This document shows, one piece after another, positions 39,558 through 49,460 of a DNA stretch of 64,000 nt. Position 1 is the stretch's first letter; the number at the start of each line of letters is the position of its first letter. The stretch covers positions 15,969 to 79,968 of the forward strand of contig SHNG01000017.1 of the NCBI GenBank assembly GCA_004295005.1. The letters run 5' to 3'. Source of the stretch: Gammaproteobacteria bacterium. Lineage in GTDB: Bacteria; Pseudomonadota; Gammaproteobacteria; Xanthomonadales; Rhodanobacteraceae. The position numbers were made by a program, and so were the translations under genes. The notes beneath the pieces are model-generated. The model saw only the letters and a program-made list of their open reading frames with translations, did not search any database and was not told where the DNA came from.

Positions 39558-42500
39558 ATGATGCGATCCATCGCTGTCATTGCATTTGCCAGCTGCCTGC
39601 TCTTCGCAGGATCTGCCCAGGCGTCCGGCGAAAAGGCCGAGCGCGTCGAACGCGACTATGTCACTGCCCCGAGTGCTCCGGCATTCCAGACCTGGGTGCA
39701 GGCCGACGAGAAGTCGCAAGGCTGCGTCAGTTGCCATACCGACAGTGATCGCAAGACCATGCACGCCAGCCCAGCCGTGGTACTGGGCTGTACCGACTGT
39801 CATGGCGGCAATGCCGGCGTCACCGCTCCTGCCGGTGATCACGAAGGACTCGCTTATCGCAATGCCATCGACCAGGCCCACGTGTTGCCGCGTTACCCGG
39901 CGCTCTGGGAATCCAGCGCAAACCCGGTGCGCAGCTACACCTGGCTGCTCAAGGAATCGCCGGAATTCGTCCGCTTCATCAATCCGGGCGATCTGCGCAT
40001 CGCCCGTGAAGCCTGCGGCGCCTGCCATCTGCCACTGATCCAGGCCAACGAAAAGAGCCTGATGGCCAATGCCGCGATGTTCTGGGGCGCCGCGGCCTAC
40101 AACAATGGCATCCTGCCCTTCAAGCATTCCATTCTCGGCGAGACCTACAACCGCGAGGGAATCGGCACGACGGCCGACAACGGCATCCCCAACGACGCGA
40201 CCATGGACGCGCACGGCGTCTTGCCGAAGATCAATCCCATGCCGGCATGGGAAACGGTTCCGCCTGGTGACGTATTCCGCATCTTCGAGCGCGGCGGTCG
40301 CAACGTGAACAACGTCTTCACCGAAATCGGACTGCCCAACGAGTTCGGTCAGATCCAGAAGCTGGAGGAACCGGGCCGGCCCGATATCCGCCAGTCTTTC
40401 CGTGGTCCCGGTACGGCTCTGCGGGTTTCCATTCCGGTACTCAACATCACCAAGACGCGTCTCAACGACCCGTTCATCTGGATGCTTGGCACCAACGACA
40501 ATCCCGGCGACTTCCGTTCTTCCGGTTGCAGCGCCTGCCACGTCGTTTATGCCAATGATCGCGATCCGCGCCATTCCGCCATCTACGCGAAGTTCGGCAA
40601 CACCGGCCTCAGCCAGCAGGTCGATCCGACCATCCCGAAGGACGAGCCAGGTCATCCGCTCAAACACGAATTCACGCGCCGCATCCCGACCAGCCAATGC
40701 ATGATCTGCCACATGCACCAGCCGAACATGTTCATCAACACCATGCTCGGCTACACCATGTGGGACTACGAGTCCGATGCACCCTTCATGTGGCCGGAGA
40801 AGCAGCAATATCCGGACGCCGAGAAGATGCGCAAGATCCTCGACCGCAATCCGGAAGAGGCTTCAATCCGTGGCAAGTGGGGGGATCCCGAGTTCTCCAA
40901 GGATGTTTCCCTGCTCAACCCGCAATTGAAGGACACCCAGTTCGCCGACTATCACGGCCATGGCTGGAATTTCCGTGCCATCTACAAGCGCGACCGCAAG
41001 GGAACCCTGTTGGACAAGGATGGCCATTCCATATCCGACAACGATCCGGACAAGTGGAAGAAGGGCGTGCACATGTCCTCCATCCATGTCGATGTCGGCA
41101 TGCAGTGTGTGGATTGTCATTTCGGCCAGGACAACCACGGCAACGGCTACATCAAGGCCGAGGTGATGGGTGCGGTAGAAATCCAGTGCCAGGATTGCCA
41201 CGGTACGGCCGATGCGCTGCCCACCCTCAAAACCTCCGGTCCTGCCGCATCCAAGTTCGGAACGGACCTGCTGCTGATCCGCAACCCGGATGGCAAGAAG
41301 CGTTTCGAGTGGGTTGGCAACAAGCTGATCCAGCGTTCGGCCGTCACGCCCGACCTGGAATGGACCATGTCGCTGGTGAAGGACACCGCAGATCCCGTTT
41401 CAGGCAGCTACAACGCCAAGGCCACCCGCGCGCACACCATGTCGATGGATACCGACCAGTTGCGTTGGGGTGCCGATGTACCCAAGGACCAGCGCGCCCA
41501 CAGCGAAGACAAGATGCTGTGCTACGCCTGCCATACCTCATGGACCACCAGTTGTGGCGGCTGCCACTTGCCAATCCAGGCCAACTGGAAAACCGAGCGC
41601 CACAAGTACGAGGGCGGCGCCACGCGCAACTTCGCAACCTACAACCCACAGGTCGCCCGTGACCAGATGTTCTTCCTCGGCAAGCACGGCGACATCAAGG
41701 GTTCCAAGATCGCCCCGGTGCGCTCCTCCTCGGCACTCGTGCTGTCGTCAACCAACATCAATCGCGAGAAGATCTACGTCCAGCAGCCGCCGGTTGCGGC
41801 CTCCGGCTACAGCTCGCAGGCGTTCGCACCGCATTACCCGCATACCGAACGCAAGACCGAGACCAAGGATTGCGAGGATTGCCATCTGTCGAAGAACAAC
41901 GACAACAACGCGATCATGGCCCAGTTGCTGTTGCTCGGCACCAAGTTCATCGATTTCGTCGGTTGGCATGCATGGGTGGGCGGAGACGGCGAGATCAATG
42001 CGGTCCAGGTCACCGAATGGGATGAGCCACAAGCCGTCATCGGCAGCTACCTGCAGCGCTATGCCTATCCGGACTGGTTTGCAGACCATGAAAAGAACGA
42101 CCAGAAGCTCAAGCACGCTGAACGCCATTCGGCAGGCAACGTAGGCTGCATCCAGTTGCGTGGCGAATACCTGTTCGCGGCAGAAGGTGAGCGTGGAGCC
42201 CACATCTATGATGTTGCCAGCATCGGCAACAAGGGCATTTCGCAGAAGATCATCACCGCTCCGGCCTCTCCGCTTGGCCAGGACACGTCCATTCGCTCCG
42301 CCAATGCAACCTGCATCGCATTGGCAACCACGCAACCCGTGATACCCGAGCGCAACGAAGGCGAGCTGATGCGCGACAAGAATCGCGAACAGGCCACGCA
42401 CCCCGTCTACAAGTACGCATTCATCACGGACGCCCAGGAAGGCCTGATCGCCACGGATATCGCCACGCTTGGCGACCGCGAACCGCGCAACAACTTCCTC

Positions 42501-43364
42501 GAGCGGGCGATGACATGGAACGAGAACGGCGTTCTCAATGGCGCGCGTCACCTGGCCATTGCCGGCACCACGTTCTACATCGCCGCCGATGCCGGCATCG
42601 TCGTGCTCGATCTTGATGACCCGCTCAAGCCGCGCTTGCTCAAGACCATTCCCATCGCCAACGCACGGGCCAGCCAGGTCCAGTTCCGCTACCTGTTCGT
42701 GACTGCCGCCGATGGCTTGCACGTCGTTGACGTGACGCATCCGGAGCAGGCGCGCGAAGTTGCCGCCGCCACCCTTGCGCTCAGTGACCCGCACAAGCTG
42801 CACATCGCCCGCACCTTTGCCTACGTGGCAAATGGCGCCGAGGGCATTGCCATCGTCGACGTGACCAATCCCGAGCGACCGAGCCTGTACCAGATGTTCA
42901 ATGCGGACGGCAAGATCACCGATGCGCGCGACATCATCGTTGGTACCACCAACGCATCGCTGTTTGCCTATGTTGCCGACGGCGCCAACGGCCTCAAGGT
43001 GCTGCAACTCACCTCACCCGAATCACAGCCGAAATTCTACGGCTTCACGCCGGACCCCAAGCCGCAGTTGATTGCCTGGTATCCAACCCGCAAACCGGCG
43101 CTTTCGTTGTCACGGGGACTCGAGCGTGATCGTGCCGTCGATGAAACCGGTCACCAGGTTGCGGTGTTCGGTCGAATCGGTTCACGCCCATTCAATCTCG
43201 AGGAAATGCGCCGTCTGTTCCTGAAAAAGGACGGCACGCCCTGGTACGTCAGCAACGCCGTCGACGACAACGCAACCGGACTGGCAAACGGAGTCTCCGC
43301 TTCACCGCAAGCAGGCGAAAGCAAGGCCAGCGCCGGCCAAGCGCCTCCGGCGTCCCTGCCCTGA
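39558..43364 (+). CDS. Large exported decaheme cytochrome c fused to LVIVD-repeat beta-propeller
   Basis: Signal peptide (…AGSAQA); 10 CxxCH (CVSCH, CTDCH, CGACH, CSACH, CMICH, CVDCH, CQDCH, CYACH, CGGCH, CEDCH); C-terminal repeats GIVVLDL, GLHVVDVT, FAYVANGAEGIAIVDVTNP, FAYVADGANGLKVL. Confidence 0.88.
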   Translation: MMRSIAVIAFASCLLFAGSAQASGEKAERVERDYVTAPSAPAFQTWVQADEKSQGCVSCHTDSDRKTMHASPAVVLGCTDCHGGNAGVTAPAGDHEGLAYRNAIDQAHVLPRYPALWESSANPVRSYTWLLKESPEFVRFINPGDLRIAREACGACHLPLIQANEKSLMANAAMFWGAAAYNNGILPFKHSILGETYNREGIGTTADNGIPNDATMDAHGVLPKINPMPAWETVPPGDVFRIFERGGRNVNNVFTEIGLPNEFGQIQKLEEPGRPDIRQSFRGPGTALRVSIPVLNITKTRLNDPFIWMLGTNDNPGDFRSSGCSACHVVYANDRDPRHSAIYAKFGNTGLSQQVDPTIPKDEPGHPLKHEFTRRIPTSQCMICHMHQPNMFINTMLGYTMWDYESDAPFMWPEKQQYPDAEKMRKILDRNPEEASIRGKWGDPEFSKDVSLLNPQLKDTQFADYHGHGWNFRAIYKRDRKGTLLDKDGHSISDNDPDKWKKGVHMSSIHVDVGMQCVDCHFGQDNHGNGYIKAEVMGAVEIQCQDCHGTADALPTLKTSGPAASKFGTDLLLIRNPDGKKRFEWVGNKLIQRSAVTPDLEWTMSLVKDTADPVSGSYNAKATRAHTMSMDTDQLRWGADVPKDQRAHSEDKMLCYACHTSWTTSCGGCHLPIQANWKTERHKYEGGATRNFATYNPQVARDQMFFLGKHGDIKGSKIAPVRSSSALVLSSTNINREKIYVQQPPVAASGYSSQAFAPHYPHTERKTETKDCEDCHLSKNNDNNAIMAQLLLLGTKFIDFVGWHAWVGGDGEINAVQVTEWDEPQAVIGSYLQRYAYPDWFADHEKNDQKLKHAERHSAGNVGCIQLRGEYLFAAEGERGAHIYDVASIGNKGISQKIITAPASPLGQDTSIRSANATCIALATTQPVIPERNEGELMRDKNREQATHPVYKYAFITDAQEGLIATDIATLGDREPRNNFLERAMTWNENGVLNGARHLAIAGTTFYIAADAGIVVLDLDDPLKPRLLKTIPIANARASQVQFRYLFVTAADGLHVVDVTHPEQAREVAAATLALSDPHKLHIARTFAYVANGAEGIAIVDVTNPERPSLYQMFNADGKITDARDIIVGTTNASLFAYVADGANGLKVLQLTSPESQPKFYGFTPDPKPQLIAWYPTRKPALSLSRGLERDRAVDETGHQVAVFGRIGSRPFNLEEMRRLFLKKDGTPWYVSNAVDDNATGLANGVSASPQAGESKASAGQAPPASLP

Positions 43365-43406
43365 CCGTTGCGATGATCATTCGCTGCATCGCGGGAACAC
43401 GCAACG

Positions 43407-43883
43407 GTGCCTGAGCGCAACCGCGAGACGCTGGAGCGGTTCTTCCGGGCGTTCAGCGCGCGCGATGGCGAGACCATGGCCGCCTGCTACCACGCGGATG
43501 CGCGATTCACCGACCCGGTGTTCACCCTCCACGGCAGCGACGTCGGCGCAATGTGGCGAATGCTGTGCCAGCGCGGCAAGGACCTGCGCGTGGAATCTTC
43601 GGCAATCCAGTGTCGGGACGACCAGGGCACTGCCACCTGGCACGCCTGGTACACCTTCTCATCCACGGGGCGACCCGTGCACAACATGGTGCACTCCACC
43701 TTTCGCATGGAAACGGGACTGATCCGGGAGCAGACGGATCACTTCGCGTTCTGGCGCTGGTCGCGCCAGGCATTGGGACTATCCGGGGTGCTGCTTGGCT
43801 GGTCGCCCCTGCTCAGGAACAAGGTGCGGGCCAGTGCCGCATCCTCGCTCAAGCAGTTCGTCGACTCATCCCACGCTCGTTGA
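43407..43883 (+). CDS. NTF2/SnoaL-like domain protein
   Basis: RFFRAF…MAACYHADARFTDPVF, MWRML, YTFSSTGRPVHN, DHFAFWRW. Confidence 0.85.
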   Translation: MPERNRETLERFFRAFSARDGETMAACYHADARFTDPVFTLHGSDVGAMWRMLCQRGKDLRVESSAIQCRDDQGTATWHAWYTFSSTGRPVHNMVHSTFRMETGLIREQTDHFAFWRWSRQALGLSGVLLGWSPLLRNKVRASAASSLKQFVDSSHAR

Positions 43884-43959
43884 ATCGCGAGCCCACCAAG
43901 GGCATCGAGTGGAACCTGCCGCCCATGTGCATTCGAGGGCGGCCTGCCCAACCGCCATT

Positions 43960-44421
43960 TCATTCCCTTGGCGGCAAAACGACAATCGTCAGCCAGAAAT
44001 TCTCGATGCTGCGTATGACCTGCATGAAATCCTCGAAACCCACGGGCTTCGAGATATAGCAATTGGCATGTGAATCGTAGGCCTTCAACAGGTCCTCGTC
44101 CGCGCGCGAACTGGTCAATACCACGACCGGAATCTGCTTGAGATCCGGGTCCTTCTTGATCGCGGCCAGCACTTCGCGTCCGTCCAGACGCGGCAGGTTC
44201 AGATCGAGCAGAACCAGATCGGGGCGAGGCATGCCCGCAAATTCCTGCTCCCTGCGAAGGAAGCGCAGGGCCTGCTCGCCATCGGACACCACGTTCAGGC
44301 GATTGCGGATACGGCCTTCCTTGAGCGCTTCCCGGGTCAGGCGGATGTCGCCTTCGTTGTCCTCGACCAGCAGTATTTCCACCACTTGGCTGAACGATCC
44401 TGCCGTTGCGTTCATGTTCAT
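43960..44421 (-). CDS. Single-domain response regulator (Rcp1-like)
   Basis: ILLVEDNEGD, LLDLNLPRLDG, VLTSS, ANCYISKP, FWL; ATG overlaps kinase stop. Confidence 0.92.
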   Translation of the reverse strand: MNMNATAGSFSQVVEILLVEDNEGDIRLTREALKEGRIRNRLNVVSDGEQALRFLRREQEFAGMPRPDLVLLDLNLPRLDGREVLAAIKKDPDLKQIPVVVLTSSRADEDLLKAYDSHANCYISKPVGFEDFMQVIRSIENFWLTIVVLPPRE

Positions 44422-47084
44422 TCCCCACCTGCTGGTAACGTGAAATGAAACTCGCTGCCGGACCCGGGTGTGGACTGTACCCAGATCCTGCCCCCAAAAC
44501 CCTCGATCACCTTCCTGCAAATCGCCAACCCGATTCCCGTACCCGAGTATTCACTGCGTGTATGCAGCCTCTGGAAAATCGAGAAAATCCTGTCCCAATG
44601 CCTTGGCTCTATGCCGATTCCGTTGTCCGCCACGATCACTTCAACAAGCTCGCCGTCATCCCGTGAGCTGACGACAATTTCGGGAATACGATCGCCGCGG
44701 AACTTCAGTGCATTTCCCATCAGGTTTTGCAGCACCTGGGTCAGTTGGGTGGGTGTCGCCAAAACCCTGTGCTGCGCATCGATGCGGATGCTGGCGCCAC
44801 ATTCTGCGATTGTCCCGGCCAGTTGCGCAATCGCTCGCTGCGCACATTCGGCAACACTCGTCGCAACTGGTGTCCGCCCGGAGCGACCGACCCTGGAATA
44901 GGCCAGCAAATCCTCGATCAGGTTCTGCATGCGGCGGGCACCATCCACCGCAAAGTCGATGAACTCGTCGGCGTCGGCATCCAGGCGTCCCCTGTAGCGC
45001 CGCGAAAGCAACTGCACATAGCTGGCAACCATGCGCAAGGGCTCCTGAAGATCGTGCGAAGCAACGTAGGCAAACTGCTCAAGGTCGGAATTGGATCGCT
45101 CCAGTTCCCGCGCTCGTTTTTCCAGCTCCTTCTCCGCCTGCTTGCGCTGTGAGATCTCGGTGACGATGGCAGTAAAATAGTTCATGCCGTCGCTGGACCA
45201 CATTGATCGCAGGATCTCGACCGGGAATTCCGTGCCATTGGAATGTCGGGCAACCAGCTCCAGCGGATGGTCCAGCGGACGCACTACATCTCCCCTGGCG
45301 ATTCGGCCCAATCCGGCAATGAAAACTTCCCTGAACCTCTCGGGCACAAGCAATCCGACAGACTTTCCATACATCTCTGAGGCGACCACTCCGAAAGATC
45401 GCGCAGCCGCGGGATTCATGTAGAGAATGGTTCCCGCCTGGTTGGCAGTGATTATCCCTGCCGTCGCGGTATCGGTGACTGCCTGCTGTTCACGCTGTGC
45501 CTTGCGCAGGTTTCGGTTCACGCCCTGCGCGAAATGCAGGGCGCGCGCACGCAGACCGGTCAGCGTCCAGGTCACGACAAACAGCACCAGCGCAGCCACC
45601 AGACCACTCACGAGAACCATGGTTGGCACCCGCGAACGCATCGCGGCCAAGGTAGCGGGCGGATATTGCGTAGAGATCGTCCACTTGCGGCCACCGACGA
45701 CCAGGGCAGCGGAGTTGAAGGGCGCGCTCGCATCAAACCCCTTCGACTGGAAAAGTGCCGCCTGCGGCGCCCGTTGCTCGTCATCCTCGATTCGAACGAG
45801 CAATCCTTCACTGCCGCCCATTGCCGCGAGGGTGGCCAACTGGGCCGCATCCACCGCAAAAAACACCGCGCCGCGCTGTCGATCCAAGGCCTGACTGCCC
45901 GCCGGGGCACTTTCGCCACCGGTTTCCACCATGATCAAGGCAAAGAATCCCCGATTCCGGATGCCCGGAACGTAATCCGAGAAATCGACGGGGCCGGACA
46001 ATACGGCTTGGCCGGTACTCACCGAATCGCCAATCGCGGTTGCGATGACCGGGCTCTCGGAGGCGTGAATGCCTATGGCTGGAAGCGAGGTTGCGGTTTC
46101 CGGTGAAACATAGGTGACCACAAATTGCGGGGCCGAATTCGGTACAGGCCCAGGCCGCTGTGCCGCGAACCCCACCATCAGGACCGGATCGTACTTGTAG
46201 ACGATCTGCACCTGCTGGAAGTACCTAGACCATTCGTTCGCATCCACGAATCCGGAAGCCGCAAACAGGCCGCGTACGCCGTTCAGCAAGTTCAACGCGT
46301 TCGCGACATTGGAGCGCACACCTTCGGTGAATCGCTGCAGGGACGCGGAAAGTTGCGCCTCGTACTGGGCCTGGCTCTGGATCTGCACCTGTCGCCAGAA
46401 CATCAGGGTTGCCACCGTTGTGATGAGCAATATGGCCAGCCCAACGGCGAAGCCCGACCGATCCCTGAAGTCGCGCTCGGCCAGATCTGTATCGCTGTCC
46501 CGACCTGGCTTGATCTCGCGCAATCGTGCTCCCCACAGCAGGGTGACGCCTCCAAGCAGGAGGATGAGCGATCCGGGAATCCGTATTCCGTCGAGAACCA
46601 TGGAATCGAAGGCCAGGGACGCATCAATCAGCAGGGCCAACAAACCGGCCGCACCGATCAGCGCAGCCAAGGCGCCGAGAAGTCCAAACAGCAGGTGCCG
46701 GCCCCAACGTGCGGGCAACACGACATCCATGACCAGGGCCGCGCCAAGACAGAACAGTCCAGACGCGAAACTGCGATTGAGGAATCGCCCGAAGATGGTG
46801 ATATCCACCGCTGAGCCACGCGCGATGAAACTCAGCAATTCAATTGCGCAGACCACGGAGATTCCCAATCCGCAGCCAAGGGCCAACAATCGCCAATGCG
46901 CGCTTTCGCGAGCATGCAGGCCAAGCGCAAGCAACATCGCCAGTACGCATGCGAGCGGACTGATCGCCAGCCATTCGAATTGCCTGAACGGAAGCAACGC
47001 CAGGGCAAGTATCGCCACGAAGGCAATCGAGGTTGCCAAGGCCCGATACACGACTCCGACGCGCTGGCCCTTGGCAACGCTCAA
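44418..47084 (-). CDS. Membrane sensor histidine kinase (N-terminal TM block, CHASE-like, PAS, HisKA, HATPase)
   Basis: FAYVASHDLQEPLRMV H-box, QNLMGNALKF, DNGIGI, GTGIGLAIC; PAS NPAAARSFG…FPVEI; CHASE-like GVRGLF…EWSRY. Confidence 0.9.
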   Translation of the reverse strand: MSVAKGQRVGVVYRALATSIAFVAILALALLPFRQFEWLAISPLACVLAMLLALGLHARESAHWRLLALGCGLGISVVCAIELLSFIARGSAVDITIFGRFLNRSFASGLFCLGAALVMDVVLPARWGRHLLFGLLGALAALIGAAGLLALLIDASLAFDSMVLDGIRIPGSLILLLGGVTLLWGARLREIKPGRDSDTDLAERDFRDRSGFAVGLAILLITTVATLMFWRQVQIQSQAQYEAQLSASLQRFTEGVRSNVANALNLLNGVRGLFAASGFVDANEWSRYFQQVQIVYKYDPVLMVGFAAQRPGPVPNSAPQFVVTYVSPETATSLPAIGIHASESPVIATAIGDSVSTGQAVLSGPVDFSDYVPGIRNRGFFALIMVETGGESAPAGSQALDRQRGAVFFAVDAAQLATLAAMGGSEGLLVRIEDDEQRAPQAALFQSKGFDASAPFNSAALVVGGRKWTISTQYPPATLAAMRSRVPTMVLVSGLVAALVLFVVTWTLTGLRARALHFAQGVNRNLRKAQREQQAVTDTATAGIITANQAGTILYMNPAAARSFGVVASEMYGKSVGLLVPERFREVFIAGLGRIARGDVVRPLDHPLELVARHSNGTEFPVEILRSMWSSDGMNYFTAIVTEISQRKQAEKELEKRARELERSNSDLEQFAYVASHDLQEPLRMVASYVQLLSRRYRGRLDADADEFIDFAVDGARRMQNLIEDLLAYSRVGRSGRTPVATSVAECAQRAIAQLAGTIAECGASIRIDAQHRVLATPTQLTQVLQNLMGNALKFRGDRIPEIVVSSRDDGELVEVIVADNGIGIEPRHWDRIFSIFQRLHTRSEYSGTGIGLAICRKVIEGFGGRIWVQSTPGSGSEFHFTLPAGGE

Positions 47085-49240
47085 TGGTTCATCACCGGCT
47101 CGATGACATGACCGGTCTTGAGCATCCCCACAAGGGACTCGGCGGATGCAGGCTTGGCGAGCAGGAATCCCTGCACTTCCTCACAACCCGACTGACGAAG
47201 GAATTCAAGCTGCGCCTCTGTCTCAACACCCTCGGCGATGACTTCCAGGCCAAGGTTGCGGGCCATGGCAAGTATGGTGCGCACGATCGCCATGTCCCGC
47301 TCATCATCGGGAATTCCGCTGAGGAAGGTGCGATCCACCTTCAGCACGTTCACCGGCAGTTTGCGCAGATAGGCCAGTGACGAATAGCCGGTGCCGAAAT
47401 CGTCGATGGCAATGCGGACTCCGTGTTCGCGCAGGCGCGCCAAGGTCCCGCGCGCCTGTTCGCCCTGCATCATGCTTTCGGTGAGTTCGATCACCAGCAT
47501 TTGCGGACTGATACCCGCCGTGGCCAGCGCCACATCGACGCTGGCCACAAAATCGGAGGCCTCCAGTTGCTGGGCGGACACATTGACCGCAATGCGCAAT
47601 TCCTTTCCGCCCGCATCCGCGAAACTTCGCGCCGCACGGCAGGCCTCGACAAGCACCCACAAACCAATCCGGTGCATCATGCCGCGCTGCTCGGCCACAT
47701 CCAGGAACTGCTCGGGCGTCAGCAAGCCCCGCGTGGGATGTTGCCAACGCAACAAGGCTTCCGCGCCCACGATTGCACCACTGCCAACCGCAAACAGCGG
47801 CTGGAACAGAAGTTGGAATTCCTTGCGATCCAGCGCGCCGCGCAAATCATGCTCGATGGCCAGACGCTCCAGCGCCGCATCATTCAATTGCGCGGAATAG
47901 AAGCGGAAGGAGTTCTCGCCAAAACCCTTTGCCTGGTAAAGCGCGGTTTCCGCGCACTTGAGCAAGGCATTGGGATCTTCCGAATCAATCGAAAACAGGC
48001 TGAGGCCGACATTGGCCGACAGGTAGAACGCCTGCTCTGCGATCCTTCCCGGCAGGCGCGCCGCATCTATCAATTGCTCGGCCAGCAACGGCGTATCCAT
48101 GATCGACTGCCTGTCGGTCAGGATGATCGAGAACTCCACGCTGCCGGTGCAGGCGAGCATGGCATCCTCCGGCAGGAGCTTGCGCATGCGTTTAACGGTT
48201 TCTTCAATAACCAGATCGCCGAAGTCATGGCCATGCAGGCGATTGATCCGGCCCAATCCGGAAAGGGACACCATCATGAGCGCCGCATCTCCGCCACGAC
48301 GCTGGCATTGGGCGAGCGTGGTGGAAAGTTGCGCCTGGAATGTCTGTCGGTTTGGCAGTCCGGTAACGCCATCATGCGTGGCCAGATAGTCCAGGCGCTC
48401 CTGTACGAGCTTGCGCTCGACGGCATAGCGCAGACCCCGGTTCAGCGATTCGGCATCGGGACTTCCCTTGAGCACGTAATCCTGCGCTCCCAACTGGATG
48501 GCCTGCAGGGCCAGATCTTCGTCATCCAGGCCGCTGAGCACGACCAGCGGCATGAGCGGCGCCACGCGCAGGATGGTGGCGATGGTGTCGATACCTGCAC
48601 TATCCGGCAATCCTGGATCAACCAGGGCAACGGTGAACGCAGACCGTTTCAGTTCAACCAGCGCCTCGGACAACCGATCAACGTGGACGATCTCGGTTTG
48701 GGTGTCCGCCAACAACTCCCTCACCAGTCTGGCATCGCCCGGGTTGTCTTCCACCAGCAGCAGTCGCCAGGCGTCAGGTCGCTCCTTTTCGACGTGCTCC
48801 GGCAGGCTGACCACCGACAGCCAGAAATGGCCGATCTTGTGTACGATCGAAAGCAGGTTGTCGATATCGACCGGCTTGCGGATGTAGCAATTGGCATGCG
48901 AGGCATAGGCGCGCACCACGTCCTCATGCGCACCCGAACTGGTCATGATCACGACTGGTATGCGCATCATGCGCGGATCGGTCTTGAGCACGGAGAGCAA
49001 TTCATGACCCGACAGCCCGGGCAGGTTGAGGTCGAGCAGGATCAAGTCAGGCAAGTGCTGGTGCGCATGCAGTCCTTCGCGACGCAGCATTGATAGCGCC
49101 TTGGCTCCGTTCTCGGCAACCGACAGGCGATGCAGAAGCTTGCCCTGGCGCAAGGCTTCGGTGACCAGGCGAACATCGCCCGGATTGTCCTCGACCAGAA
49201 GGATTTCCAGGGGCCGCGCACTGGCACCGCTGATCTTCAT
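47081..49240 (-). CDS. REC-REC-GGDEF(degenerate)-EAL protein, probable c-di-GMP phosphodiesterase
   Basis: Two receiver domains (LLVEDNPGD x2); GGDEF position reads GSVEF; intact EALLRW, IELTE, DDFGTGYSSL, KVD, AEGVE, QG. Confidence 0.9.
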   Translation of the reverse strand: MKISGASARPLEILLVEDNPGDVRLVTEALRQGKLLHRLSVAENGAKALSMLRREGLHAHQHLPDLILLDLNLPGLSGHELLSVLKTDPRMMRIPVVIMTSSGAHEDVVRAYASHANCYIRKPVDIDNLLSIVHKIGHFWLSVVSLPEHVEKERPDAWRLLLVEDNPGDARLVRELLADTQTEIVHVDRLSEALVELKRSAFTVALVDPGLPDSAGIDTIATILRVAPLMPLVVLSGLDDEDLALQAIQLGAQDYVLKGSPDAESLNRGLRYAVERKLVQERLDYLATHDGVTGLPNRQTFQAQLSTTLAQCQRRGGDAALMMVSLSGLGRINRLHGHDFGDLVIEETVKRMRKLLPEDAMLACTGSVEFSIILTDRQSIMDTPLLAEQLIDAARLPGRIAEQAFYLSANVGLSLFSIDSEDPNALLKCAETALYQAKGFGENSFRFYSAQLNDAALERLAIEHDLRGALDRKEFQLLFQPLFAVGSGAIVGAEALLRWQHPTRGLLTPEQFLDVAEQRGMMHRIGLWVLVEACRAARSFADAGGKELRIAVNVSAQQLEASDFVASVDVALATAGISPQMLVIELTESMMQGEQARGTLARLREHGVRIAIDDFGTGYSSLAYLRKLPVNVLKVDRTFLSGIPDDERDMAIVRTILAMARNLGLEVIAEGVETEAQLEFLRQSGCEEVQGFLLAKPASAESLVGMLKTGHVIEPVMNH

Positions 49241-49460
49241 CGGGATCCCCTCCCTGCGGTCCTGCACCAGGACAAATCCTGCGTGACTGGATTCTTCAAC
49301 ACTTGCACCACGGGGATGTTACCGATGTTTCCCGCCCAAAGTCAGCTACCGCCCTGCATGCGCCAGGAACCGGATTGGCCACAGCCTCCGCTTGCAGGCA
49401 GACTGTCCATCCTGCCACTGCGGAAAGCGGGCTTTCCCGCCCCAACCAGGATCCATTGCC

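Noticed and set aside
33876-43364. Naming the cytochromes and barrel as MtrA/MtrB/MtrC or DmsE/F
   Set aside because: Heme count matches, but size, spacing, the FHA/TM anchor and the LVIVD fusion do not; homology cannot be supported by eye.
43407-43883. SnoaL-like gene as seventh member of the redox system
   Set aside because: Co-oriented and 42 bp downstream, but it is a common stand-alone family with no redox or export features; needs synteny data.
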